Assembly: GCA_013239625.1 (NCBI GenBank)
Contig: MU054220.1
Coordinates: 248,001 to 312,000 of the forward strand
Origin: Lama guanicoe
Taxonomy: Eukaryota
Direction of reading: 5' to 3'
DNA length: 64,000 nucleotides
Positions 26,400 through 39,078 of this stretch are shown one piece after another. The notes below the pieces were generated by a model that searched no databases, was not told where the DNA came from, and saw nothing but the letters and a program-made list of their open reading frames with translations. The position numbers and the translations under genes are program-made. Numbering within the stretch: the first letter of the stretch is position 1; every line of letters starts with the position of its first letter.

Positions 26400-27950
26400 C
26401 CAAAGTCAGGTCTTTAGTCATCTTAAGATTCACTGTAGAAAAGTCCAAACCTTAGTCTCAACAACATTTACAGGGAAGATAGATATAGATGTAAAATTTC
26501 CCAAGTTTTTAGATCTGGGAAATGCCTTGGTCTTCTGACAACTTTGTGCAAACAAAATATAAGACCTAGACATTACAAATACAAGTGATCATCCAGTAAT
26601 GATAGCTTGTTAGGGGAAAAAAAAACTATAACAATCTTCATAGGAATTTATGAAAATCTAGATTCTCTACAGTGTATCATAGGCAATTTAAAATATACAA
26701 TAAAAATTACAGGATATGAAAAACTCAGAAAAACTAAATAAACAAGGCAAAATGAATCAACTGAAAATGACTGCAAAATGTCTCAGGTGATGTTTATTGG
26801 CGACTTCTAACCATCCCTTATAAACTTGGCCAAGGACTCGAGAGAAGGTATGACCAAATTTGCAGAAAATTGAGTAAATGGATAATTTCCACAGATCATT
26901 AAAATTTTGAAAAGAACCCCATTAAAATTCTAGAGTGAGAGTTAAAATGAAAGGAAGTGGAATTTAAGGGAAATATAAGTGAAATGAATACTTGATGTAA
27001 TTAGATTGATAGCATTTGGACATGTCCAGTGAAATGCCAATGCATTTGAATTTAAATTATTGGAAACATTACAATCCTAAAATTATTTGTTTAATAATTT
27101 AAAAAAGACCACCTCCTCAAGAACAAGTAGAGTGATGTCAAATTGTCTAAAATTCGCATAACTGCAAGAAAATGATAATGATGGCAGAGAATTTTTCAGA
27201 TTTGTTGGAAGACATCAGTATACATATTTCAGTGAACCTCATGGGAATTAATCAGAAGAAAATCCTGTATATTCATCTATATTCATTATAGTGAGTCAAC
27301 TGTTTAAAGCTAAAATAATGGCATAGTAAGTTGGGGGTTATAATATAGACATGAGCAAAATATGTGATATCAGTAACACAATAAAATTTGAAAAACATCA
27401 AATTACACTGTTATAAGATTATGACATTTTTGGAGTGAGATATGAAGTGGGTGATGTGAGACATGAAGGATGAAGGGGGACTTGGAAACTGGAAGCATCA
27501 GTCGTAAAGGATGGGAATTAAAATGGGACAATTTTAACTGTAGGTCATCTCTGATAAGTTAAGGATGCACATTATTTATGATTAGCCCTGAAGGAATCCC
27601 TAAAATTATAATAAAAGCATGCTATATATATATCAAAAGTCAGATCTAGACAAAAAAAAAACTTGATTAACTGCCAAACTGGCAGAAGAAAACAGGGCAG
27701 CCAAATGAAAGAAAAAATGGAAACACATAGAAAATGGCAGTATATTGTAATTACATTAAAGGTACATGGACTAAGCAGTCCAAGCACAAGATAAATATGA
27801 AAAAAAAAAACCAACAACTATATGCTGCTGAATTGAACAGGGCTTTAAATACATAGACATATATAGACAAGATGGGGTTGAAAGTAAAAGAAATGAAAGA
27901 GCTGTATGTTTTACATGTAGTAGATTGTCAATAAATGTTTTTTTGAAGAA
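26400..27950 (+). mobile_element. Ancient decayed L1 (5'/ORF1-like region)
   Basis: A-rich strand bias and L1M-like motifs (aaaattctagagtg; tatattgtaattacattaaaggtacatggactaagcagtcca; caactatatgctg). Confidence 0.55.
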
Positions 27951-28124
27951 GAAAAAAATGAAAGAAAAAAGACTAAGAAAAATATATATACAGTAAATTA
28001 TAAGGAGCTGGTCCTGAAATTATGTGTAGAGTATAAAGCATGTATCTATCAAAAATAAAATCAGAAGCAAAGACAACTGTGAAAGGAAACTTGAAAGCGG
28101 GAATATATATATAAGTAGCAGTAA

Positions 28125-28762
28125 TGATACAGGAAAATAAATGTGGAGTGAGGATGGCCATGTCCCAGGTCTCTGTTGAGTCCCTGGGACGTGCCCTACC
28201 CAGCATGGGTCCTTGACTTCGCACAGGAAAGAATTCAAGAGTGAATCACAGTTGAGTAAAGGTAAATTTATCTAGAGAGACATACTCAATAGAGTGTAGG
28301 CTGTTTCAGAAAGTGAGAGAAAGGTGACAAGGTGTGAGGGTTGGATGCTCAGTAGATACACACTCCATAGACAACATGCAGTCTGTCTCACTCAGAAGGG
28401 AAAGTGGCCACAAGGTGTGTGGGTTGTTAGTTCTTATGGACTCAGTAGCTTCTTATGTTAACAAGAGGGAGGATTATTCCAATTACTTTTGGGGAAGGGG
28501 CTGGGATTCCAGGAATTGGGCCACCGCCCACTTTTAGACCTTCAATGGTTAGCCTTAGAGCTGCCATGGTGCCTGTAGGCATATCATTTAGCATGCTAAT
28601 ATATTACAATGAGCGTATAATGAAGCTCAAGGTCTACTAGAAGTCAAATCTCTCGCCATCTTGAGCCTCAAGGCACTGGGAGTTGAATCTTCCACCATTT
28701 TGGTGTTAATTGCTGAGTCATTCCTTGAATGGCTGTGCCCTGCCCCCTTCCTTCCTGTCTCA
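28125..28762 (-). mobile_element. ERV1-class solo LTR (antisense)
   Basis: TG...CA termini with near-TSD GTAA/GTAT. Internal gggtccttgacttcgcacaggaaagaattcaagagtga and end ccttcctgtctca are typical of antisense ERV1 LTRs. The left boundary is less certain. Confidence 0.75.
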
Positions 28763-30001
28763 GTATGGGACTGGAGATGTTAGACTCATGCTTGAAGTGT
28801 TCTCCCCATGAAATGCACGGAAGAGGGTTGAAATTGAGAAATGTTAAATTACTAAATGTTGCAATGAGAAAGAGGAGTTTTTAGTTAGAAAAAAGTTTTA
28901 TTGATAATAGTTGTTCTTAACTCTTATTTACAGGGTTCATTAATAAGATGAGTGAGTCTATTCAGGGATTCACATAGTGTCTGAGAAAATCGTAATTTGA
29001 ATAAAGTAATCTTAGTTTCTATGATACAGAATTGCCTTTGTGTTCACAAATTTTAACCAACAAATGTCTGCCTCTTAAAATTATTACCCCTTAAAGGTAA
29101 GTAAACAAGTAAAACATGGCCAGATGATGTTAACACAGCATGATTTGCTGAAAGTTCTATTCAGAGGAATTATAGAAGATAAAGTAACGCAAGTAAGAAA
29201 TCAACTGATAAAGAGTATGAACAGTTTCCTGCAGGTAATACTGAACCATTAAGAGTGCTTTTTCTTCTAGGGCATCCATGTCTTCTGACAGTATTTAATA
29301 AATGGAGAGTGCATGAAATTGTATTCTGTGGAGAGCCTGCAGGGAAGTCTGGCCTACCATGAAAGATTTGTTTGCAGAAACACCAAATTAATTGCAAACA
29401 AGAGCGTTTAACTAGTAATTTAGATGTAAAGAGGGAAAAGGGGGCATTCCCTGGGGGAGGAAGGGACTATTTCCTCTGTAAGGAGCCTTGCTCTTTAAAA
29501 GCAAGTTACGTTCTTGTTTAAACATCTATGGATTGTAAACAATGTAACATTTTAAAATATAGACATTTATCAATGAGAAGGAAGCAACTTCAGCAAAATT
29601 GAAAAAGGTAAATATGTTGATATGCTATTTTAATTCAAGATAATGTTACCAATTTCATGATCAAGAGTCAATAAATAATATCAAACAACTAAAATCATGA
29701 GTGTATGTGGGTAGAAATGATATTTATTATTTAGGGTAGCATTATGTAAGGTAGGCTTCTGACTTTCTGAAGTTAAAAGTTAAATTATATGCGTGAAGCA
29801 TTTGAAGTATACAAATTTCTAATTTGTATCTTAACTATATAATATTGTATAACGTATTCATTTTAAGAAATAATCTATTAAGAAAACCATAGTCAAAAAG
29901 TGATAATTTCATTCAAATTAATTAAACATATTTTGCTATACTGTTAATAAAGTAAATGTTGCCATTATAGGTAAAATAATTTCTATGACAAGGAATCACC
30001 T

Positions 30002-30643
30002 TGTTAGAGCAGGTAGATAGCTAGATATGAGCAGAGAAAGGAGATGCAGACCAAATTTCAGGAATTAGGCAAAAAGGAGGGGCACGGGCCAAATACAAGA
30101 AACCATACATCATGTAAACAACAGGGGTGCCTGGGCAGACAAAGAAAAGCGGGAACCTCTGGGCTAATAAGCAGTCACACATTTTAGGGTGACAAGTGTC
30201 CTGCAGGCTGACAAAGAAACGTGGGGAAAGGCAGGAATCTCCAGAGTCCCCATGTAACCTTTTGCTCATTATGTTCTCATTTCAATAAAATTAGCCTTGC
30301 AGTTTAGAAGCACCCATCACGCACCAACACCATGACACTTCCAAACCAGACTAAATAAGGACAAAAATTTCTCCTTCCTGTAGGAATGTGGAGTTGGGAT
30401 GAAAATCAGGGACTACAACCACAAGTCCTTCCCTCCCCGATGAATATTCTGCCCACTCATTTTCACACTCAATGTAACCAACTTGTCAAAGAAACTAAGG
30501 CAGCTGCCCACCTGAGCCTGCCCGCTCTCCCCTTGATAATGTACTATCCAGCCCCTAATAAATCCTCTGTTTTCTTTCTTAACCGCCACATCCTGTCTCT
30601 GAATTCTTCCTGCAAGGAGACAAGAACCTAATTACCTGCAACA
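30002..30643 (+). mobile_element. ERV1-class solo LTR (MER39-like start)
   Basis: Starts TGTTAGAGCAGGTAG and ends gacaagaacc...CAACA. AATAAA near 30557, 4-bp near-TSD ACCT/ACTT. Confidence 0.8.
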
Positions 30644-31443
30644 ACTTGTATTAGTGAATCTTCTTCTGTTGGGGGATATATTAAGCATTTATTTTTATAC
30701 AAAATACAATTTCCTGCAAAAGAATATTTGTTTCAACTTTGGGGGCCCGTGTTCTCTTACTGTTTATGTTGTCTAACAGACCGCAAACAGGGAAGGAGTT
30801 GGCACAAGATCCCTACATTTGCTAATGTTTTAAAATTGATTTTATTTTTCTCTAGGAACATTTTGTTTGGGTTTAAATTTTTTTAAATAACTAATATTTG
30901 GGGGATTAAAAATAGCTGAATACCAAAAACTTGTGTCTCTTAAGCAGTAAGATCTATTTTAATTCAAAAAATTAGAATGAGTATTGCTGGCACATTATGA
31001 TGTTTAAAATAAAAGATTTGGCTTTTATATTTTTGTAGTTTTAATCATCCTTTCTCACTTCTTGGAAAATAACCAATTCTAATAGTAATTTCTACTTTTA
31101 ATTTAATTCAGAAGCATCTATGGAGTAACATATTAGGGCAGAGCCTTGTGCTCTGTTCTTTATAGAATGAATTATTGGATATAATATCAAGGGTAGAAAA
31201 GGCATGTAAATAGTTGGGGTAACATGGTGCTAAATGTTATAGATCAGATATTATATACAAACTGGACTGACTGGAAAAAAAATTTATGGATGTTAGACAA
31301 CTAATAATTAAGCTGAGGTTTTGACTGGAAAAAAACAGCTAATCTGCATTCTCCCTTTACACACCATAATTAAAAAGTCTAAGCATAGGATTCTTATTGG
31401 TATAATTAGAATGCAGATCTACAATTATAAACCTTTTTTTTTT

Positions 31444-32304
31444 TCCCTACAGATGCATTTATAGCTCCTGGTTTCACATCAAATCTGCCAGAATCACAGA
31501 ACACAAGTGTCAGAAAGTAACTAAGAACATGTTAAGACCAAAGCCCATGTCCCAATCCAATTATAAAAGAGGAGAATGTAGCAAAGAAATGTAAATCCAC
31601 AGAGAGAAAATAATTAGAAAATGATGGAAACAAATCTCACTGTAAGGATAGACTTTGTCCTCCTGGGCTTCTCTGACATTCCCAGGTTCCACTGGCTGCT
31701 TTTTGGGGTATTCTCAGTCATCTATTTGGTCATCCTGTTGGGGAATGGCATCATAGTTCTGGTAACAAGAGCAGATGTCGCTCTTCAGACGCCCATGTAT
31801 TTTTTCCTCAGCAATCTTTCCTTTCTAGAGATCTGTTATGTGTCTGTCACTCTTCCCAGGATGCTCATGGACCATCCCTACAGATGCATTTATAGCTCCT
31901 GGTTTCACATCAAATCTGCCAGAATCACAGAACACAAGTGTCAGAAAGTAACTAAGAACATGTTAAGACCAAAGCCCATGTCCCAATCCAATTATAAAAG
32001 AGGAGAATGTAGCAAAGAAATGTAAATCCACAGAGAGAAAATAATTAGAAAATGATGGAAACAAATCTCACTGTAAGGATAGACTTTGTCCTCCTGGGCT
32101 TCTCTGACATTCCCAGGTTCCACTGGCTGCTTTTTGGGGTATTCTCAGTCATCTATTTGGTCATCCTGTTGGGGAATGGCATCATAGTTCTGGTAACAAG
32201 AGCAGATGTCGCTCTTCAGACGCCCATGTATTTTTTCCTCAGCAATCTTTCCTTTCTAGAGATCTGTTATGTGTCTGTCACTCTTCCCAGGATGCTCATG
32301 GACC
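31444..32304 (+). repeat. Exact 430-bp direct tandem duplication (31444-31873 = 31875-32304) with one extra A at 31874
   Basis: Base-by-base reading shows no mismatch. The period is 431 (ATGs at 31621 and 32052). Confidence 0.95.
31621..32025 (+). pseudogene. Truncated OR10AG-like copy (84 aa covering TM1-TM2 plus a 50-aa tail read from duplicated 5' UTR)
   Basis: The first 84 codons are identical to the gene at 32052. The sequence diverges at the duplication junction. Confidence 0.85.
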
Positions 32305-32987
32305 TTTGGACCATGACAGGAAGTATTTCTTTTTTCAGCTGTGCCACACAAATGTGCTTCTTCCTTATGCTGGGAGCCACGGAGTGTTTCCTGCTGGCTG
32401 TGATGGCCTATGACCGCTACGTGGCCATTTGTAACCCTCTGCACTATCCCCTCGTCATGAACCACAGGGCCTGTGTCCAGCTGGTGGTGGCCTCCTGGAT
32501 CAGTGGAGCTCCAGTCCAGATAGGACAAACATGGCAGATTTTCTCTGTGTCCTTTTGTGGTTCTAATCAAATCAGTCACTTCTTCTGTGACATCCCCCCA
32601 TTACTGAAGCTGGCCTGTGGAGACATCTTTGTGAATGAGATGGTGGTCTATCTATTTGCTGTGTTGTTTGTCACTGTTCCCTTTTTGTTGATACTTAGTT
32701 TCTATATGAGAATTATCTCCACCATCATGAAGCTGCCATCAAACACAGGGCGGACCAAAGCCTTTTCCACGTGCTCTTCCCACATCACAGTGGTAGTTTT
32801 GTTCTATGGATCAGCCACTGTTGCTTATTTAAAACCTAAATCCGATCAGTATGCAGGAATAGACAAACTGCTCTCTCTTTTCTACACCATTTTGACTCCA
32901 TTGTTCAATCCTATGATATATAGTCTGCGGAACAAAGATGTCAGAAAGGCAATGAGGAAATTTCTTCCCAAATTATCAGCATTGTGA
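32052..32987 (+). CDS. Olfactory receptor 10AG1-like (311 aa, intact ORF)
   Basis: NLT sequon, [53 protein letters not shown]. Confidence 0.93.
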   Translation: MMETNLTVRIDFVLLGFSDIPRFHWLLFGVFSVIYLVILLGNGIIVLVTRADVALQTPMYFFLSNLSFLEICYVSVTLPRMLMDLWTMTGSISFFSCATQMCFFLMLGATECFLLAVMAYDRYVAICNPLHYPLVMNHRACVQLVVASWISGAPVQIGQTWQIFSVSFCGSNQISHFFCDIPPLLKLACGDIFVNEMVVYLFAVLFVTVPFLLILSFYMRIISTIMKLPSNTGRTKAFSTCSSHITVVVLFYGSATVAYLKPKSDQYAGIDKLLSLFYTILTPLFNPMIYSLRNKDVRKAMRKFLPKLSAL

Positions 32988-33657
32988 GACATTTGAAATA
33001 ACATAGAAATTATTCTTTTATGAATTTAATTTGTATGTAGACTTAATTGAAATCTACTTTTCTGTATTGTCCTCAATTTTTAAGTAAGCTAATGATGTGA
33101 TTTCCTTTTTAGCAGAGCCTCATGTCCTCACATTTATGTCAATTGTGTTCATTTATTTAGCAATGTTTTGCTTTTAAAGATCAGTTTCCACCTCACTGTA
33201 AACTAGTAAATTGAGATGTGTAACTAACAAGATGATGTTTTATGCAGTATGTGCTATAATTGAAATTATTCCATTTTTCTCTTTTTTTGGATGACTTTCT
33301 AGACACTACCTGAACACCCTCTATTACAAAAACCAAAATATTCTTTGATGCTGCAGAGTCATTTTTGATTTCTTTATAGAAATAAAAGCCTAAATGCCTA
33401 AGGAAATAAGTATAGGAAGGATTAATATAAATGATCAATGTGTAATATAATGCATATTGCAGCACTATTTTTCTAAGCAAAAAATGAAAAAATGAATGGA
33501 CATATTGAGAAATATTTTAATAAAAATTGTACATAAATATAATAGAAAATTATGGAATCATTAAAAAAATCATGCTACACCTATATGATAATGGCCCCCA
33601 ATACACTATTTCTTCTTTTACCCATGATTTTTTTGTTATTCCTTCCCACATGGACTC

Positions 33658-33769
33658 TTTTTTGAGGGGGGTAATTAGTTTAATTAATTAATTAATGGCA
33701 GTACTGGGGATTGAACCCAGGACTTTGCACACGATAAGCACGCACTCTACCACTGAGCTCTACCCTCCC
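33658..33769 (-). mobile_element. tRNA-derived SINE, camelid vic-1-like
   Basis: Reverse complement is gggagggtagagctcagtggtagagtgcgtgct...ctgggttcaatccccagtac. Decayed 18-bp TSD: ccttcccacatggactct / cctttccaccctgattct. Confidence 0.85.
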
Positions 33770-34264
33770 TCCTTTCCACCCTGATTCTCAATTGAGCCAA
33801 CCTTTGGCTGATGGAACATGAGTGGTCCTTAGATATAATCTTGATAATGCTAATACTTAGGCTCTGTTTTCTGAGGCAATAAATAATGGATTTAAAGTCC
33901 ATGCTCTGGATAAAATAAAAAATTGGAAGGTACAGGAGAAATTCACCCTCTCAAATGGCATGGTAATGACACCAGGAATTTGGACACAGATCTGTGGTCA
34001 CTGAGCCAAAGACAGATTAATTTGCTGCAAATGTATTGATCCAGGGATGAAGCAGAGTTCTTTGATCTGGAGTCAGGTAACTACATGGAGTGTGGATTGA
34101 GGTTATGCAAGCTATGGTTTAGCTATGGATGAGGTGTGTTTGTTCAAGCCAGTAAAATATAATTATAATGCTACTTACAATTGTTAACTATGGGAGCCTA
34201 TCCAGTTTTAGTTATATGGGGATGAAAAATAACACTGTACATTTTAATATACAGAGTTACATGG

Positions 34265-34879
34265 CTATATGCCCATGTGTTTGTGTTTAAATAAACCCAG
34301 TATTTGTATATTGGAGTCCTAATCCCCTTACCTGAGAATTTAACTATTTGAAGAGAGGGTTTTTGAGGAGGTAATTAAATAAAAATTATATCTTTAAGCA
34401 ACTATTAAATACTATATATAAAAATAGATTAAAAAACAAAAGTCTTCTATTTAATATCTGGAACTATATTCAATATCTTGTAATAATCTTTACTGAAAAA
34501 ATATGAAAATGAATATATGTATGTATATGCATGACTGGGACATTGTGCTGTACACCAGATATTGACACATTGTAACTGATGGCATGTCAATTAATTTTTT
34601 TTTTAATTTTATCTTTAGGGTGGGTCTTAATTCAATATGGCTGTCAATCTTATAAGAAGAGGAGATTAGGATACAGATGCCCAGAGAGAAAAGATCACAG
34701 GGAAACAGAAAAAGAAGATGAGCATTTGCAAGCTGAGGAGAGAGGGTCCAGAAGAAATCAAGCCGGGACACACCTTGATTTCAAATGCTTAGCATCCAGA
34801 ACAGTGAAAAAATAGATTTCTGTTGTTTAGCAACACAGTCTTATGTACTCTGTTGTGGTAATCCAGACAAAATAATATA
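34265..34879 (+). mobile_element. MLT1 (MaLR) LTR interrupted by a short L1 3' fragment (about 34398-34595)
   Basis: MLT1 motifs: agggtgggtcttaattcaatatg..cttataagaagaggaga; caccttgatttca..catccagaacagtga..tttctgttgttta. The insert resembles the L1 ends at 19975 and 51680. Confidence 0.8.
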
Positions 34880-35106
34880 ACCAGTATCAGCAGGCACATG
34901 TGTGTGCATGTGTGTGTGTAAACTTAGTAAGAAGCGGATGGATGATTATTTTCTGCATGTGTACACACTGCATAGGTGCTGTGTTGACTATGATCTTTAT
35001 TTATGAAATGTCTGAGAAGAAACACAAGGCACTAATATACCAAAAAAAATCTTGTATTATAATTTTTAACATGAGGACAATAATATCAGTCTTAATTTCT
35101 TTCAAT

Positions 35107-36096
35107 TTAGCATTTAGTGTGCAAATATACCTTAGTGACAAACGATTTTTTCCCCACTCTCTTCATCACCTCTTTGACATCTTTGTTCCTTAAACTATAA
35201 ATGATGGGATTCAGCATGGGAATTACAATGGTATAAAAAGTCGATGCTATCATGTCATGGTCCAAGGAGTAGCTGGAACTCGGTCTCACGTACATGAAGA
35301 GGATGGTTCCATGGTAAATGGACACTGCAGTTAGGTGAGAGCCGCACGTAGAAAAGGCCTTCCTTCTCCCTTCGGCAGAGTGCACCCTCAGATGGCCAGC
35401 GAAGCCATAGGAGATCAGGACCATCAGGATAGTGACTGTCTCAATAGAGCCCACGAAGGAGAAGAGTAGAAGCTGGTTTGCATGAGTGTCAGAGCAAGAA
35501 AGAGCGAGGAGAGGAGGGATGTCACAAAAGACATGTCTAATTTGATTGGACGCACAGAAGGACAGGCTAAATGTGGCCACTGTGTGCACAGAAGCATGCA
35601 AGATGCCACCAACATAGGAGGCAGTGATGAGTGGCAAATAGACCCTGGGTGCCATGTGCACTGAATACAGGAGGGGGTTGTAGATTGCAACGTAGCGATC
35701 ATACGCCATTGCGGCCAAGAGGAAGCATTCTGTGGTCCCTAAAGCAATAAAGAGAAACATCTGGGCTGCGCATCCAAGATACGAAATGGTTTTATCCTCT
35801 GACAAGAAACTGACTAACATTTTTGGGGTGACAACTGAGGAATAGCAGGCATCCAAGAATGATAACACACTCAGAAAGCAGTACATAGGGTTGTGGAGCC
35901 GAGAATCCACAATAACCAACATAACCAGTCCCAAATTTCCTATCAGAGTAAAAAGATAGATTGCTAGAAATAGTAAAAATAGGAAAGCTTGCAGCTCACA
36001 ATCATCTGTGAAGCCCATCAGTATAAACATGGAGACTTCAGTCATATTTTTTATTGGAATCCTGAATAAATCTAAATCTGATGGTAACCCTGGCAT
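35107..36096 (-). CDS. Olfactory receptor 5T-like (OR5T1/2/3 subfamily), 329-aa open ORF with a compensated frameshift at the end of TM5
   Basis: The [11 protein letters not shown]-terminus, [28 protein letters not shown] and [15 protein letters not shown] match OR5[10 protein letters not shown] replaces [11 protein letters not shown]. Confidence 0.85.
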   Translation of the reverse strand: MPGLPSDLDLFRIPIKNMTEVSMFILMGFTDDCELQAFLFLLFLAIYLFTLIGNLGLVMLVIVDSRLHNPMYCFLSVLSFLDACYSSVVTPKMLVSFLSEDKTISYLGCAAQMFLFIALGTTECFLLAAMAYDRYVAIYNPLLYSVHMAPRVYLPLITASYVGGILHASVHTVATFSLSFCASNQIRHVFCDIPPLLALSCSDTHANQLLLFSFVGSIETVTILMVLISYGFAGHLRVHSAEGRRKAFSTCGSHLTAVSIYHGTILFMYVRPSSSYSLDHDMIASTFYTIVIPMLNPIIYSLRNKDVKEVMKRVGKKSFVTKVYLHTKC

Positions 36097-38151
36097 ATTA
36101 GTTTTGATTTTTAAGTTCTAAAGGCAATCTGTGGTGAAAATAGGGTCGTCACACTAACATCCCCTTAGATGTAATTCTTAGAAAGACACAGTGAAATCCT
36201 TTGCAGTGAGGGAATAGACAGTGATGAGGAAGTTTTGAGTCCACACAGATGCATTACCCTGTAAAATAAATTAAAGAAATTTTTTCATTCCATTGTTGGT
36301 TAGATTTGTCATGTTAAAAATAACACTAATTTATATGGTTAAAATTCCAGTTTATTTTCTGTTAAATTTATTGCCTACTGTTTTCCTATTATATCATTTC
36401 AAAAAATCACAAAGGGAAATGAATATAGGAATTTTTAAATCAGAAAATAGTGGGTTAGAAATTATACATCTGAGTGCTAACCCTAGATTTTCTATAGTTT
36501 ATGCCTCTCCTTAATGTTCACAACTGGTAAAATGGACACAAACATACTTACATCACAAGATGGTGTTGAATTTAAATGGTAAATGTCAGTGTGGAAATTC
36601 ATAAATTTCAAAGTACTTCCAGATGACTAAATGGGATAAGTTAGACTCGCTTTTCAACTTGTCATACAAGGCAGCCTTTTCCAACCAAACCATCTGATAT
36701 CCTCTCTTCTGACTATTTTCCCATCTCGTTAGTATTTCTAAAACAGTGGTGAACAGAACAGCAGACGTTACTTTGCCGGTGAATACAGCTTGTTGGCCAA
36801 GAAATACAGCATTTTGTTGTTGCGGTGGTTTTGTGGTTTGTTTTTCTGCTTCCCTTCTTTGAAAGACATACCATTAAGTTTGTCCATTTTGTCTTCCACA
36901 ATTCATTATACTCATCATGTTTGTCGGATTTTAACTACGTGCCAATGTAAAGCCTTTTTCAATGCACACAGTCTTTATCCCTGCAAAGTCCTTGCGTGTA
37001 TTTTTGAGACATATTTCTGTCAAAAATAAATTATGGCCATTCATTTCATATATTAGAGTTGCATCTCGAGTTTCTATAATTACTGTAAAATAAATATCAC
37101 CTGATAATATATAATAAGCTTTCAGAACATATTGCTAAAAGAATTGCACCTTTATGAAGCCACACTGTGGTGTTTTATTACTGCCGTATTTCCCTACATG
37201 GTCAGAGTGCTGCTTATTCCCTGGAGTCTGAAGAAAGGAAAGTGCGTAACAAATACACAGCTTGTTCAAGAGTCACCAGTATCTGGACCTAAAGCCCCCC
37301 TCTTTGAAACATAATTTAATATTGCACCTACCATATTTAGGGGCATGATTTCAGCCTGGTGACTCTTGTTTTTCCTCTGAGTGTCACAGACCGAAATGCA
37401 ATAAAGGAGTGAAAACCTGCCCTGCTTAGGACAGAGTTGAATTCAGTGACCTACAAATGATTTAGATTCCTAACATGAAACTATATTTTTGCTTTATTGA
37501 GGCTCCCATATATCAAGAAGAGAAGAAGCAAAACAACTATTAGAGTAAAAATAAAATTGTACGTCTTTATTTTCACAGAAACATCTTTCCAGATTTACAC
37601 AGAAAATTTTCCTAGTGCAATAATAATTAGCTTTATAAGTGTGGGTTCTAATAAAAACGAACAAAGAACATGACTTAATCCTCACAGATTTCTAGAGTAA
37701 AATAATATCATTAACTTAAATAGTGACTTCTGTGTTAATTGAGACAACTCACACATTACTTACGAGAAATCACATACATGAAATTTTAGCTTAGTTTGAA
37801 TGATTATGTTAATAAAATAACTTATAAAACCATCAATTAATAACATGCAAATGTGTGAATGTATAGTTTAGGTATCATGAATAATACACTTATGTTTTAA
37901 AATTTTCTTGTTTTCTCTCTTTCACCTCTGTCTGTCTATCTATCTATGTATCTTCATTTCTCTCTCTCTTTCTCTTTTGCTCTTTTTCAAGAATGCATGG
38001 ATAGTATACAAAACTATTTACTAAAGACAGTCAGAGACAAAACAGGAATTAGGCAGATACCTAAAAGCACAGTGGAAAGAAAGATATTCCACAAGCACAT
38101 TTTGAAAACTGCGCCAATAGTTGGTCTGCAAAAATAACCCATTAAAAAATA

Positions 38152-39078
38152 CAGTAGATCATTGACCAACACAGGTTTGAACTACATGGACACACTTATA
38201 TGTGGATTTTTTTTAACAAATATGTTGGAAAATTTTTTGAAGATTTGGAACAATTTGAAGAAAAATCTTGCAGGAAAACTGTGCAGCCTAGAAATATTGA
38301 AAAATTAAGGATTAATTAGGTATGTCATGAATGCATAAAATATACATAGATACTAGGGTATCTTTACATAGGCCTAAGATGAGTGATGTTAACAATAAAA
38401 TTAACAATGTGTTACTGTTTTATAACTTGCTTTCAAAGATTTACATTTCCTTACAGGATGCCTCTCCTTTTGTAAATGAAGATATTGCACACACCGTATC
38501 ATCACAGGTGCGTTTTTTATTGTAACAATGTTTTCAATACTTTATGATAAATATGACTGTAATATTCTATGCCATAAATATTTTATCATGATTCATATCT
38601 TACTGTATAGACTAGGCTACCAGGAAGCAATCGTATTGCTGGTTCTTCATTACCAATACATGAATCATTTTGCCTGTAAATAAATATTAATTTATTTTTC
38701 ACATTATCTTAAATTTTTGACGTCTGATGTTATTAATAGATATAACATCTAGTTTTGTATCCTATAAGGCACTATTGATGTAAGTATTGACAAATGAGTC
38801 TTATTGTATTGATAACTACAGTACAGTTCAGTAAATGAGTTTTCTCTACCTTATGACTTTCTTAACATTTTCTTTTCTCTAGCTTACTTTATTGTAGGAA
38901 TACAGTATACAATACATATAACTTATAAAATATATGTGTTAATCCAATTTTTATGTTATCATCTGGTCAACAGTGGGCTATTAGTCATTAAGTATTGGGG
39001 GAGTCAAAAATTATATGTGGATTTTTGACTGCATGCGAGTCAGCACCTCCAACTTCAGCATTGCTTAAAGGTTGACCA
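38152..39078 (+). mobile_element. Tigger2-family non-autonomous DNA transposon (TcMar)
   Basis: TA flanks on both sides. Left end is cagtagatcattgaccaacacaggtttgaact. Right end is ggggagtcaaaaattatatgtggatttttgactgc...ttgcttaaaggttgacca (decayed TIRs). Confidence 0.85.

Noticed and set aside
32256..32579. Similar antisense ORFs within OR genes (also 54522-54803, 11572-11784, 62855-63064)
   Set aside because: They are a by-product of OR codon usage on the opposite strand.
35482..35664. Identical 60-aa ORF here and at 43320-43502
   Set aside because: It is the antisense shadow of the converted OR5T tract, not an independent gene.
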